Source: a virus (lineage: Duplodnaviria; Caudoviricetes). Taken from it: 58,215 nt of DNA. The notes beneath the pieces were generated by a model. The model was not told where the DNA came from. It saw only the letters and a list, made by a program, of their open reading frames with translations, and made no database searches. Positions within the stretch are counted from its first letter, which is position 1; each line of letters starts with the position of its first letter. The DNA is taken from positions 1 to 58,215 of the IMG/VR virus record IMGVR_UViG_3300042869_000303; one strand, given 5' to 3'. The position numbers and the translations under genes are program-made. This document shows positions 37,925 to 46,852 of the stretch, in pieces.

Positions 37925-38668
37925 CTACCCGTGTAGCGTAGCCTCTACAAAATGATTCTCGACCTCCTCTGACTTGTTTGGTCCGAAGTACTTGTTGTAC
38001 ACCTCAACCGCACGCTCAACCTTCTCACCGCCCCTCTGTAGGAAACTATCATCAACGTGATACACGCCTAGCTGCCCCGTCTCCTTGTCAACCACGTAGA
38101 ATTTCATCCGCTTACCGAATAGCTTCTCGTAGATGAACGCCTGAGAGTCGTAGTTGTACGCCTTAGCAGAATAGATGAACTTGTTGATATCGCTCGTTGT
38201 CTTCAGGTCAATTAGGAAGTCTGACTCTTGCTCGATGTCCGTCTTGCCCTTGAACGGTAAGCCAAACAACTCTGTGATCGCCGGAACCTCGAACTTATTG
38301 CCGGGCTTGTATATCTCATCAAAGAAGTGGATGTTACCCTTCATGATTGATGCAAGTCTCTCCATCTCGTCCATCTCCTTCTTGAGGAGGGCAAACGCCA
38401 CGTTGTTGGTCTCACAAAAGTTCTTGTACTCCTTCGTTGTGCGAGTGCTAACGTCCACAAACAACTCGTCCTTCACCTTGTCAGGCTCAAGGAGCAACTT
38501 ATGAAAGTATCTACCCTCTGCGAACGCCTTGTTGTCCTCACGCTTCTTGCCGAAGTCTTGAGGGTTATTCAAAAGCGTTCCTATATCTGAATTGGAAAGA
38601 AACTGTTTGCCAATGCCATTGTAGTACTCTTGGTCATTGCGTAGTATATCGATTATTTTTTCTGACAT
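37925..38668 (-). CDS. RecE / exonuclease VIII-like PD-(D/E)xK exonuclease
   Basis: LSNSDI...GRYFHKLLLEP...FKGKTD...IDLKTT...YNYDSQAFIY. Confidence 0.8.
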   Translation of the reverse strand: MSEKIIDILRNDQEYYNGIGKQFLSNSDIGTLLNNPQDFGKKREDNKAFAEGRYFHKLLLEPDKVKDELFVDVSTRTTKEYKNFCETNNVAFALLKKEMDEMERLASIMKGNIHFFDEIYKPGNKFEVPAITELFGLPFKGKTDIEQESDFLIDLKTTSDINKFIYSAKAYNYDSQAFIYEKLFGKRMKFYVVDKETGQLGVYHVDDSFLQRGGEKVERAVEVYNKYFGPNKSEEVENHFVEATLHG

Positions 38669-38669
38669 T

Positions 38670-39416
38670 TTACTGTGGGTTTGATGTTGTTGCAATATTG
38701 TTATCTGACGCATCTACCCATACCGCTAACGGTAGTTCTGCTGCCACATTATCAGGCTCTACTAGCTTCTTCAGCTCCTTCTTCAATGCCGGAGAAACCT
38801 TGTACTTTCTTGAGACCTGATTTACAATCTTGTCAATACCCAACCCCTTGTTTGCTGTTGCATAATTAACAACATTTGTCCAATTGTCCGAACCTTTTTT
38901 AAGGTCAGGTAAAGATACGACTTGTTCTGTTACAGATTCGTCAGGAGTAGATAGTGCTTGTGCCACCGTAGGAGTCTCTACAATCTCAGGTAGATCTTCT
39001 CCGGCATATATGTACAACCCGAGCCCAAACATGGCTAGATTCTTAACTAAGCACCTCATGTTGGTCTTGTTGATGTCGAACATGGTCGCTGCCTGAACCT
39101 CCTTCTGAACGTCAATCTTCCTGCCGCTCTCCCACTTAGTAGTGAAGTAGGCATATGGCTTGTCTAGCATAGCCTTGTTAGCCCCGTCCATTACCGGTAG
39201 CCACATTGATAACGTCTCGCCATCTATCGTCACCTCAGTGTTACACATGTAGCCTAGCTGCTCGTTAAATTCAAACGGAAGTACCTTGTAGTTGGCATCG
39301 GGACAATTGCGCTTAACCTCCGCCCATGCCCATGCCCATGACAGATAAGTAAGACCGTTCTTTTTCTCAACGTGGTCATTGACGTTGATTGCTGATAACT
39401 TTTCAAATGTTGTCAT
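38670..39416 (-). CDS. Sak / Rad52-like ssDNA-annealing protein (DUF1071 type)
   Basis: LTYLSWAWAW...MWLPVMDGANK...INKTNMRCLVKNLAMFGLGLYIYAGEDLP. Confidence 0.85.
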   Translation of the reverse strand: MTTFEKLSAINVNDHVEKKNGLTYLSWAWAWAEVKRNCPDANYKVLPFEFNEQLGYMCNTEVTIDGETLSMWLPVMDGANKAMLDKPYAYFTTKWESGRKIDVQKEVQAATMFDINKTNMRCLVKNLAMFGLGLYIYAGEDLPEIVETPTVAQALSTPDESVTEQVVSLPDLKKGSDNWTNVVNYATANKGLGIDKIVNQVSRKYKVSPALKKELKKLVEPDNVAAELPLAVWVDASDNNIATTSNPQ

Positions 39417-39438
39417 TGTTTTTTTTGATTTATGGTTA

Positions 39439-39741
39439 TTAAATTGATGTGCTTTTGTCCAACTCCTTGATAGCTACAACGTAGTCCTTGTCCTCCTTTA
39501 TCTTGTCCTCCACAGCCTTTATGCCATGGATGATTGACGAATGTTTAATTGTGTAACCGCTAAGAGCCATGTAGTCCTCAATGGAAGTTATTTTCATTTG
39601 CCTATTATAGCACATGTAGTAAAGAAGATGCCTAGCATCTACCAACTCACTCTTCTTTGACTTAGAGAACATGTCCTCCTTGCTGATGTTAAATAGTTTT
39701 GCTATCCTATCTGCATAATGATTAAAAATATTCTGCTTCAT
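39439..39741 (-). CDS. stand-alone DnaA domain-IV-like HTH protein
   Basis: MFSKSKKSELVDARHLLYYMC...KHSSIIHGIKAVE. Confidence 0.7.
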   Translation of the reverse strand: MKQNIFNHYADRIAKLFNISKEDMFSKSKKSELVDARHLLYYMCYNRQMKITSIEDYMALSGYTIKHSSIIHGIKAVEDKIKEDKDYVVAIKELDKSTSI

Positions 39742-39776
39742 TGTTTAAATTTAAGTTAATATGATTATTAAGTGTT

Positions 39777-39784
39777 CAAAGATA
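39777..39784 (-). promoter_or_regulatory. -7 promoter box (TATCTTTG on the minus strand)
   Basis: Intergenic; upstream of the replication and recombination genes. Confidence 0.55.
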
Positions 39785-39808
39785 TAATAATTCTGCGACA
39801 CTGCAAAA

Positions 39809-40201
39809 TTATCCGTAAATAATTTCTCCCAATGCCATGTACTGCATAACGATGTCGCTCGTCTCTGCATCTCCATCCTCATTTATCTCTCTGTCAAGCG
39901 CCCAATTGTGTTCGCTGTCTGCAAGTTTCTGAAGTCTTTCTTGCAGGGTCTTAACGCTTATGGTGCCCAATACATACTCTTCGTCCTCAACATCGCTGAT
40001 ATCAACCTCTACTCCAAAGTCTAGAATAGCCTTTCCAATAGCTGTGCTAAGGTATGGGTCTACGTCCTTAGGGACAACCGCCCTAATTGCCTTCACCGAC
40101 TGCTCGGGAAGGAAGTACCAATAGTTACTACCGCCCTCTAGGGCTGTGACGAATACGTCTTCGATAACCTTTCTGCTGATTGTTCTTGTTACTACTATCA
40201 T
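39809..40201 (-). CDS. hypothetical protein
   Basis: 130-aa ORF with ALEGGSNYW and D..MQY..LGEIIYG motifs. Confidence 0.7.
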   Translation of the reverse strand: MIVVTRTISRKVIEDVFVTALEGGSNYWYFLPEQSVKAIRAVVPKDVDPYLSTAIGKAILDFGVEVDISDVEDEEYVLGTISVKTLQERLQKLADSEHNWALDREINEDGDAETSDIVMQYMALGEIIYG

Positions 40202-40205
40202 AATA

Positions 40206-40559
40206 TTAGTTATTGTTTGGATTAAATGATTTTGTTTTAGGCTTACCGCCCGTAAGCATCTCCATTATCTCTGAAATAATAGCCATTGTCTTTGAACTAC
40301 TTGCCCTCTGTTCATCAATCGAAATAGACATGCTATCAATTGAATCATGAACGCTTTGTAGTGCGAGAAGCAGTATAACGTTTGGTGGAAGTTCGTTGTA
40401 CATTTTCTCTGCCAACATACTAGCCTTCTCGCCTCCTGATGCGACAAAACTTAATACAAGCGCAGCCATCTTTTCTGACAACTCTTCGCTAGATCCTTCT
40501 ATGCCTAGGGCATCATGAAGTTGTTTCTTGTTGTGGTTAAATTTGATTTCGTTGTTCAT
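40206..40559 (-). CDS. hypothetical protein
   Basis: 117-aa ORF with A-rich leader. Confidence 0.65.
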   Translation of the reverse strand: MNNEIKFNHNKKQLHDALGIEGSSEELSEKMAALVLSFVASGGEKASMLAEKMYNELPPNVILLLALQSVHDSIDSMSISIDEQRASSSKTMAIISEIMEMLTGGKPKTKSFNPNNN

Positions 40560-40667
40560 TTTTTTTTGATTTAAGTGATTGAATAAAAATAATTGTATAA
40601 ACCGGAATTGCTAAGAATAAAAAAAGTATTGAGTCGAGTGCCCTTGAAGACACGAATAGGAATCTTT

Positions 40668-41246
40668 TCATCGTTTTGTATTTTTAAATTGTTCAGCCTG
40701 CCATTTAGCACCTGCTATAAAAGATTGTTTTCTGTTTACTGAATCTATTTCTTGTTCATCTTCAATAAGGTATTGCACTGCATAATTCTCAGCGGCTTCT
40801 TCAATTGTTTCTGCTTTAGACATTACTATTTTATATTGCCACAAATTAGGCTGCAATACGCTTCTCGTAACCTTCAACGGGTCAGTTACACACATCTTAA
40901 TCTCAACCTCCTCACACTTTGGGTTATTCACAAACCACTCAAGGAAGTCATTAGGTATGGGCTGTACGCCATCGGCAATAAGAAGTCTGTCTGTTGTCAG
41001 GATTACCTTTCTCCAAAATCTTTTTGCAAAATCCAAGGATATGTTCGGACAGTCTGATGGCTTAAAAACTTCCCGACCGTTTGTCACCCAATACTCATTA
41101 GAAATTTCCTCGTCATTAGTGATGTACAGATTGTAGGAATGATGTGGCGCCTCACCCTCACCGTCCCATATCCTTAAGCCAATGCCAACCGCTATGTCGC
41201 CCTTCTTAGTAGGCTCACTTGATAGTATCTTATGTAAATTCTTCAT
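40668..41246 (-). CDS. hypothetical protein
   Basis: 192 aa; LYITNDEEI, KVILTTD, FLEWFV and FIAGAKWQ motifs. Confidence 0.7.
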   Translation of the reverse strand: MKNLHKILSSEPTKKGDIAVGIGLRIWDGEGEAPHHSYNLYITNDEEISNEYWVTNGREVFKPSDCPNISLDFAKRFWRKVILTTDRLLIADGVQPIPNDFLEWFVNNPKCEEVEIKMCVTDPLKVTRSVLQPNLWQYKIVMSKAETIEEAAENYAVQYLIEDEQEIDSVNRKQSFIAGAKWQAEQFKNTKR

Positions 41247-41258
41247 TTTGATTTGATT

Positions 41259-41456
41259 TTATAAGTAAATAATACCGCAAGAAATAATTTCTGCGGATGA
41301 TGTGCTGATTGATAAACGCCCCATTGCACCCCTACTGACATAAAAACGTTTGCCGTCTTCGCTCATTGTTGCCCATTGTGTGTACATATTCGATGGCATA
41401 TAGGCAATTATCTTGTTTATCTTAATCAGGTATTGGTTGTTTGATTGTGCTGTCAT
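41259..41456 (-). CDS. hypothetical protein
   Basis: 65-aa ORF in the packed early operon. Confidence 0.5.
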   Translation of the reverse strand: MTAQSNNQYLIKINKIIAYMPSNMYTQWATMSEDGKRFYVSRGAMGRLSISTSSAEIISCGIIYL

Positions 41457-41475
41457 TTTTTAATTTTCTGTTACC

Positions 41476-41676
41476 CTAACTTTGTGTGGAGGTATTTACC
41501 GTCTTAGGATAGACTCTGATTCCATTTTCGATCGTCACACTAATTGGGTATAGGGCTTTTAATGTGTTTAGAAAGTACAAGTATTTCTTCAGTTCCTCGT
41601 CAGGTAGGAACACTAATCTGTCAATAACGTCCTGAACTATCTCAAGGCGCTCATTTTCTGTTGGTCTATGTGTCAT
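41476..41676 (-). CDS. hypothetical protein
   Basis: 66-aa ORF with ATGA overlap with the upstream gene. Confidence 0.55.
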   Translation of the reverse strand: MTHRPTENERLEIVQDVIDRLVFLPDEELKKYLYFLNTLKALYPISVTIENGIRVYPKTVNTSTQS

Positions 41677-41918
41677 AGAAAGTAGTTTTTAAAGTTAATT
41701 ACTTCGGTTAATGATTCTGATTCGCCAAGTTGCTCGGCATACCAATTGAAAAACTTTGTGCGCTGCCCCGTACCACCTCCACTATCATCAGGGGAAAGTT
41801 CATTGAACAAATTTCTAGCTATAGAGTCATGTCCATTGTCTTTTACGTCAAGAATAAGTTCAAAATACTCTTCGATTGATGCTATATCGAGCATTCTTAA
41901 AATTGCTTTTGTTACCAT
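41673..41918 (-). CDS. hypothetical protein
   Basis: ATG at 41918 follows the stop of the 32-aa ORF. Confidence 0.55.
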   Translation of the reverse strand: MVTKAILRMLDIASIEEYFELILDVKDNGHDSIARNLFNELSPDDSGGGTGQRTKFFNWYAEQLGESESLTEVINFKNYFL

Positions 41919-41920
41919 GG

Positions 41921-42019
41921 TTATAATTTTCTGATTAAAAATATTGCTCCGATAAATAGTGACCATGCCACTACGACAAGCAGCAATGTGAATGTTTTTG
42001 ACTCTAGGAAATTCTTCAT
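41921..42019 (-). CDS. 32-aa single-TM peptide
   Basis: MKNFLESKTFTLLLVVVAWSLFIGAIFLIRKL, preceded by AAATCAAATCAAC; not in the ORF track. Confidence 0.55.
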   Translation of the reverse strand: MKNFLESKTFTLLLVVVAWSLFIGAIFLIRKL

Positions 42020-42062
42020 GTTGATTTGATTTGTGGTGAAAATTATTGTTAAATATTATTAT

Positions 42063-42320
42063 TTAGCTATTTATTATTTCAAATAGTTCTTTTGGCTGTC
42101 TCTGGTCGTAAAATATCTTACTTTTTAAGCCATCACTAACAGTTATTTTTGAACAATCCCATCCTTCATGAAGCATTGTTCCCGTATATGGTTCAATGCA
42201 TACAATCATTTCAGGATTGATGTAATTTGTAATTACTTTATATCTATTTGTTGGACTGCCATTTTTCCATATAGGGTAAAGTGGCGTATTTACTTCTATC
42301 AAATTTATTTCTTTTTTCAT
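42063..42320 (-). CDS. hypothetical protein
   Basis: 85-aa ORF in the early operon. Confidence 0.6.
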   Translation of the reverse strand: MKKEINLIEVNTPLYPIWKNGSPTNRYKVITNYINPEMIVCIEPYTGTMLHEGWDCSKITVSDGLKSKIFYDQRQPKELFEIINS

Positions 42321-42326
42321 GTTAAT

Positions 42327-42518
42327 TTAGTTTTTTATACAAGTTACTTTGTCTGATGAATTCTGCCATACATCGCCTTCTTTTGCATTGTCTGCCCAAT
42401 CGTTAATGGTTTCGCCATCATCATTGGTATCGTCTTTGAATGCATTCTTTACATCGTCTAAGGTGAACGTATTTGTAATACCTCTGCCCGATTTGTCTTT
42501 CCAAAAAAATTGTTTCAT
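42327..42518 (-). CDS. hypothetical protein
   Basis: 63-aa ORF in the early operon. Confidence 0.6.
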   Translation of the reverse strand: MKQFFWKDKSGRGITNTFTLDDVKNAFKDDTNDDGETINDWADNAKEGDVWQNSSDKVTCIKN

Positions 42519-42529
42519 GTCGTTTGGTT

Positions 42530-42721
42530 TTATAATTGTCCAACTTCAATACATATTTTTAACCCACATTCCCACGCATCGTTAAGGTCAGCATATGACT
42601 CTATGAGTGATTCGCTACCGTCATTGTGCATAACGTACAATTCAAATAGTCCTGATGAGAAAATTTCTTTTGATTTGTGGCTAACATCAAGCCATACAAA
42701 ACCATCTTTTGTTTGTATCAT
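42530..42721 (-). CDS. hypothetical protein
   Basis: 63-aa ORF in the early operon. Confidence 0.6.
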   Translation of the reverse strand: MIQTKDGFVWLDVSHKSKEIFSSGLFELYVMHNDGSESLIESYADLNDAWECGLKICIEVGQL

Positions 42722-42737
42722 TTTGTTTTAGTTTTAT

Positions 42738-42890
42738 TTATTTACGAAATTTTGTGTAACCTGACCCTGCTGTTAGCATTCTTTTATTGCCATCGCACCC
42801 TTTACTATAGGTGGTGCAACTTTGTAACGATGCAAACAATAAGCCCAACAAGATGATGAGCATAAAGAATAGTTTAATTTTGTGTACCAT
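42738..42890 (-). CDS. 50-aa putative lipoprotein
   Basis: MVHKIKLFFMLIILLGLLFASLQS-CTTYSKGCDG...; not in the ORF track. Confidence 0.6.
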   Translation of the reverse strand: MVHKIKLFFMLIILLGLLFASLQSCTTYSKGCDGNKRMLTAGSGYTKFRK

Positions 42891-42908
42891 GTTATTTGAT
42901 TTTAGTTT

Positions 42909-43190
42909 TTAAATTGTTTGTAAACTTTTGTCGTATGCTATAACTTCATCCTCACCCATGTTCCACACTCTATCGCATTCAGCATACGTCTTGAAATAAT
43001 ATACTTCATCGAGCCTTCCACACATAAAAATTGGCTGACATTTCCCCTGATACATCATGTAACTTAATTCAATTCCTTCCATGACTATCCATGATTGGTC
43101 TTGTTCTTGTGCTGTATATTCAATTTTCATGTGAGGGCATTGCTTATAGTAAACTTTAAAAAGCGTCCTCATGTTTTTTTCTTTTTGCAT
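42909..43190 (-). CDS. hypothetical protein
   Basis: 93-aa ORF in the early operon. Confidence 0.6.
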   Translation of the reverse strand: MQKEKNMRTLFKVYYKQCPHMKIEYTAQEQDQSWIVMEGIELSYMMYQGKCQPIFMCGRLDEVYYFKTYAECDRVWNMGEDEVIAYDKSLQTI

Positions 43191-43202
43191 TTTGATTAAT
43201 TT

Positions 43203-43622
43203 TTATGGTTCTAAATAGGTATCATCATCTTCGTCTGTCTCATCGTCAATATCTTCAAAATCACTCTCGTCTAGCTTAAAAATATGCTCGTAGTATCGAT
43301 AGTTGTCTGCAACTTCCTCCGCTATTAGTACATAGTTTTCGTATAGGTCAATTTCTGTAACGTTTTTAAGACTTTCTAAATTACCATATCCGTTAAACCT
43401 TACATACTTATCCCAATGCCTATAATCGCCATAAGATACAGCACGAACGGCATCCGTAATACTGCTGAAATTTTCATCTAGGAAACTATCATCATTGTTG
43501 TATATCCTACCGTCAGGATAGTTTTGTTGTTCGCAAAATGTGTTGTTAAGTTCCAACATATCATCGCTGTCGAATGAATTAATCTCTTCAATAATTGCAT
43601 CTAAAAATTTGTCTCTGTTCAT
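43203..43622 (-). CDS. highly acidic early protein
   Basis: ATG at 43622; about 39 D/E versus about 10 K/R in 139 aa; FNGYGNLES motif. Confidence 0.65.
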   Translation of the reverse strand: MNRDKFLDAIIEEINSFDSDDMLELNNTFCEQQNYPDGRIYNNDDSFLDENFSSITDAVRAVSYGDYRHWDKYVRFNGYGNLESLKNVTEIDLYENYVLIAEEVADNYRYYEHIFKLDESDFEDIDDETDEDDDTYLEP

Positions 43623-43633
43623 GTTGATTGGTT

Positions 43634-44566
43634 TTAAAAGTTTATATAATCTTTGATACATTTCTCGCACATATCTATGCCATATTCAGGCACAAATTGT
43701 AGGCTGCTTTGCTCATTACAGCATTCACATAAAACATTCACCTTCTTTGATGATGAATAAAAATACTCTTCATCGTCAGCAAATATTTTGTCATAGCTTT
43801 TATGTAGGCTGCTTTTATGCTCCTTGTACTTGCATGGATAAGATCCGTTTCCTATGCTTTTTATTATGTCAATCACCATCTCTAGGCAATGAAACACATC
43901 GGCAATATTCACATACTCATCGAAGCAATGAGGGTTGTAATATCCGCAGCTAATATTTGCCATGCTGCACAATATACCTGACTGCTTCAGTGCCATTACA
44001 TCAGTCATCATGCCTACATTAAACGAATATCCGTAGCTTGAAATTATAGGAAAAACATCGTCTTGAAATTTAGTACTTGATAACTGCGCTCCACTTGCAT
44101 TCGTTATGAAATCTGTATTGCCTCGTCTATCGCATTGTAAAACAAAACTACAATCATCAAAAAATTCTTTGTTGGATGTATAACTACCTTCGCAGCCTAC
44201 CTCCTCATCCCTAAAAAACACTGCCTTTATATTGTCAAAACTTTCCAAACATTGCAGCGCAATAAAGATACCTACCTTGTCATCCCCTCCTATGCCCGTC
44301 TGTGACATTGTAACTGCATTGATTCCCGTTATGTTACCGTTCACCTCCACTGCCGTTAAATTCTCCTCAATGCTATGCACCGTGTCCATGTGAGATGCAA
44401 TACATGGATAGGTATCAGTCTTACCTTTGGTTGCATATATGCAGCCATTGTAGGTATAATAATTGCAGCCTATCGAATTTAATTGCCTTATAATGTAGGC
44501 AAACATTCTGAATTGATTATAACTTTCACTTTGTATGCTCAATACTTCCTTTAATTTGTTCTTCAT
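43634..44566 (-). CDS. M20/M28-clan zinc peptidase / amidohydrolase
   Basis: SHMDTVH, GGDDKVG, DEEVGCEG, QCDRR and GYYNPH ligand motifs; C-terminal CxxC..CxxC. Confidence 0.85.
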   Translation of the reverse strand: MKNKLKEVLSIQSESYNQFRMFAYIIRQLNSIGCNYYTYNGCIYATKGKTDTYPCIASHMDTVHSIEENLTAVEVNGNITGINAVTMSQTGIGGDDKVGIFIALQCLESFDNIKAVFFRDEEVGCEGSYTSNKEFFDDCSFVLQCDRRGNTDFITNASGAQLSSTKFQDDVFPIISSYGYSFNVGMMTDVMALKQSGILCSMANISCGYYNPHCFDEYVNIADVFHCLEMVIDIIKSIGNGSYPCKYKEHKSSLHKSYDKIFADDEEYFYSSSKKVNVLCECCNEQSSLQFVPEYGIDMCEKCIKDYINF

Positions 44567-44587
44567 CTTTTAGTTTTTAGGGTTTTA

Positions 44588-45889
44588 TTAATTTGTTTCT
44601 TCATCTGTATCATCATTCTTTATACAATATTCACCGTCTATAAATACAATCTTGTCGCTGTCAGGATGATAATAGTTTCCTTCAACTTTTACTGCATCAC
44701 TTTGCAAAATATATTCATCGTCATCTTCGCAAAAAACACAATCTTCAGTTAAATAGTATTCACCATCTCTTTCACAAAAATAACAGTCATCATGTAGCTG
44801 CCATTCGTCATTAACTAATACAATTTCACCTCCTTCTATAGTGTACCAATTACCGTTAACTCTTGCGATGTTTTCATCGTCCTCATGATACCATTCACTA
44901 TTAACATTCACACAATTATCAATGTGGCAATACCTTCCCCTATATCTGCGCTCCCCTTCTTCAATGTATATTGCATCTTCAGAATCAATATAACAATCGT
45001 TTATCTCGTCGTAGCTTCTCGTCTCGTCTCCTTCTCTGCTTCCTCCCGTATCATTGTAGCAATATATACCATCTCCTGAATAATTGCATAAAAAACCATC
45101 TCCGCCATATTGGAAGGTATCTATATACGGATAATAGTCATGCTCCGTATCAGTATGTACAATGAACTTCCTCACCACTTGCTCACCTTCAGGATTTACA
45201 AAATTTGTCTTGTAGTCAAAACTTTTATATTCTACTTTGCGCCAATATCCGTTATCTTTTGCGAATGTTAAAAATTTATCATATTGCCAATCTTGCGCTA
45301 CATATATTCTGTCTAATAAATTTATGTCTCCTTCTAATTTCCACAACAATGACCTACCACACAATTCACCCTCATTGTTTTTCAGGGTTAAAATTTGCAA
45401 ACTTTTGCAGTCCCTATAAATGTCAAGATATCTGCTATCACCGTTCATGCAACTGCTGTTTAATGATGCGCTTCCCTCCGCTCGTTTCATATCATAAACG
45501 TATGGTATTTTGGTTGACGGCAAAAGTTCAAAACTATATCCGTCATCATTGAAATTTGCTTTGTAGGCATTGGTGAAACATTCGAAATCTGCATCTTTAA
45601 AGTATGAAGCAAATTTTGCGCTGAATAGCTTTTTAATTACTTTACTAGGTTTGCCGTTCTGCCGTCCTTCTTTGCTCCATTCTCCGCTGTCATTGTATAT
45701 ACATTCCTTGCCTGAAGGTAGGTAGCTTATTGTGCCATCTTTCCTGAATGTTATATAATCAACATAATTTGCATTTATGCACAGTGGCGTATAACGTTTG
45801 AAATTTAGCCTATATAATACATTGGCAATTTTACAATCTGAATTTTTAAGAAATTCAATAAATGATGTGGAATAAATTACTTTTTGCAT
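44588..45889 (-). CDS. uncharacterised early protein (SCM...GRSLLW...DRIY...YPYIDTF) with acidic/aromatic C-terminal repeats
   Basis: 433-aa ORF directly upstream of the peptidase gene. Confidence 0.75.
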   Translation of the reverse strand: MQKVIYSTSFIEFLKNSDCKIANVLYRLNFKRYTPLCINANYVDYITFRKDGTISYLPSGKECIYNDSGEWSKEGRQNGKPSKVIKKLFSAKFASYFKDADFECFTNAYKANFNDDGYSFELLPSTKIPYVYDMKRAEGSASLNSSCMNGDSRYLDIYRDCKSLQILTLKNNEGELCGRSLLWKLEGDINLLDRIYVAQDWQYDKFLTFAKDNGYWRKVEYKSFDYKTNFVNPEGEQVVRKFIVHTDTEHDYYPYIDTFQYGGDGFLCNYSGDGIYCYNDTGGSREGDETRSYDEINDCYIDSEDAIYIEEGERRYRGRYCHIDNCVNVNSEWYHEDDENIARVNGNWYTIEGGEIVLVNDEWQLHDDCYFCERDGEYYLTEDCVFCEDDDEYILQSDAVKVEGNYYHPDSDKIVFIDGEYCIKNDDTDEETN

Positions 45890-45925
45890 GATGGTTAATT
45901 TGATTTGAATGAATAAATGAATGAA

Positions 45926-46216
45926 TTAAAAATATTTATATGCAATTACCGCTTCTGTATTGCATCTGCTTAATGTTAAACAATAGCCTGAAAAGTAAGA
46001 ATCTGAAAAAACGCCATGCGTAAAATTGTTTCCGTACGTTCTTAAAAATAAAGACATTGGCAATGCTTCATCTTTACCCTTAAATTTACTTATCACGTAA
46101 AGGTCTCCTTCCGCTTGTTCGTACGTGAGGCAGTATATGTTAACTGCATCTTCCTTTTGTTCGTCCGAAAGGTCAAAATAATTTAATACTTTGCTTCTGT
46201 TGTAATTTCTAGTCAT
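45926..46216 (-). CDS. hypothetical protein
   Basis: 96-aa ORF with DSYFSG motif. Confidence 0.65.
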   Translation of the reverse strand: MTRNYNRSKVLNYFDLSDEQKEDAVNIYCLTYEQAEGDLYVISKFKGKDEALPMSLFLRTYGNNFTHGVFSDSYFSGYCLTLSRCNTEAVIAYKYF

Positions 46217-46526
46217 GGTTTTTAGCTATTAATTGTTTAAATGATTTCAATATAATGTTCAAAGTATATAATAAATGCTTTTTGCAGTATTCATCACCGA
46301 AATTTGAATCTTTATTCACATTGTATCTTTCTTTCTTGTCAATAAATGAATAATAGTTGATATCACTTTCGATGGTAACAAACTGATTCTTTACCCTTAT
46401 CGGCTTTATCACTACATAGTAAGGGAAAGTTGTACCTGCATATGTCATTGGATAATCTCCCAATTCGTTAACCGTTTCAATCAATGAATTAATTTCGTTA
46501 ATCTTGTTTAAAATTGCTTTTGTCAT
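46209..46526 (-). CDS. hypothetical protein (first early gene)
   Basis: ATG at 46526 with A-rich leader preferred over the track start. Confidence 0.6.
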   Translation of the reverse strand: MTKAILNKINEINSLIETVNELGDYPMTYAGTTFPYYVVIKPIRVKNQFVTIESDINYYSFIDKKERYNVNKDSNFGDEYCKKHLLYTLNIILKSFKQLIAKNHD

Positions 46527-46572
46527 ATTATTTATTTTTAAATGCTTAAAATTCGTTTGTTCGTCGTTCAAT

Positions 46573-46650
46573 TATTCCACAATACTACATTAAAGAAAAA
46601 ACATTATCCAAATAACTTTATCCACATTTACAAAAAAATTATGTTGATAA
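46573..46650. promoter_or_regulatory. cluster of DnaA-box-like 9-mers overlapping the putative early promoter
   Basis: TTATCCACA 46618-46626; TTATCCAAA 46604-46612; TGTTGATAA 46642-46650; TATTCCACA 46573-46581. Confidence 0.55.
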
Positions 46651-46759
46651 CCTCTGAAACGTATCAGCAGCAAGGGTTGTAGAAGATGAAAATAATTTAA
46701 AAAATTTATTGAGATTCAAAGCGAAGGGAGGGAAAGCAGACCCTGAAGGCACTTTACTT

Positions 46760-46830
46760 GTCTAACTTTATTTGTTAGACTCGTCTAACTTTGGCGCAAA
46801 ATAATTGTTAGATTGATCTAACTTTATTTG
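46760..46830. repeat. alternating TCTAAC / GTTAGA inverted and direct repeats
   Basis: GTCTAAC-N7-GTTAGAC-TC-GTCTAAC...GTTAGATTGATCTAAC; TCTAACTTTATTTG occurs twice. Confidence 0.8.
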
Positions 46831-46852
46831 CTAGGCGCTTACTTTGCGCAGT

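Noticed and set aside
31349-46526. Prophage or lysogeny module
   Set aside because: No integrase, partition genes or flanking host genes are visible; groEL-groES is embedded among phage genes
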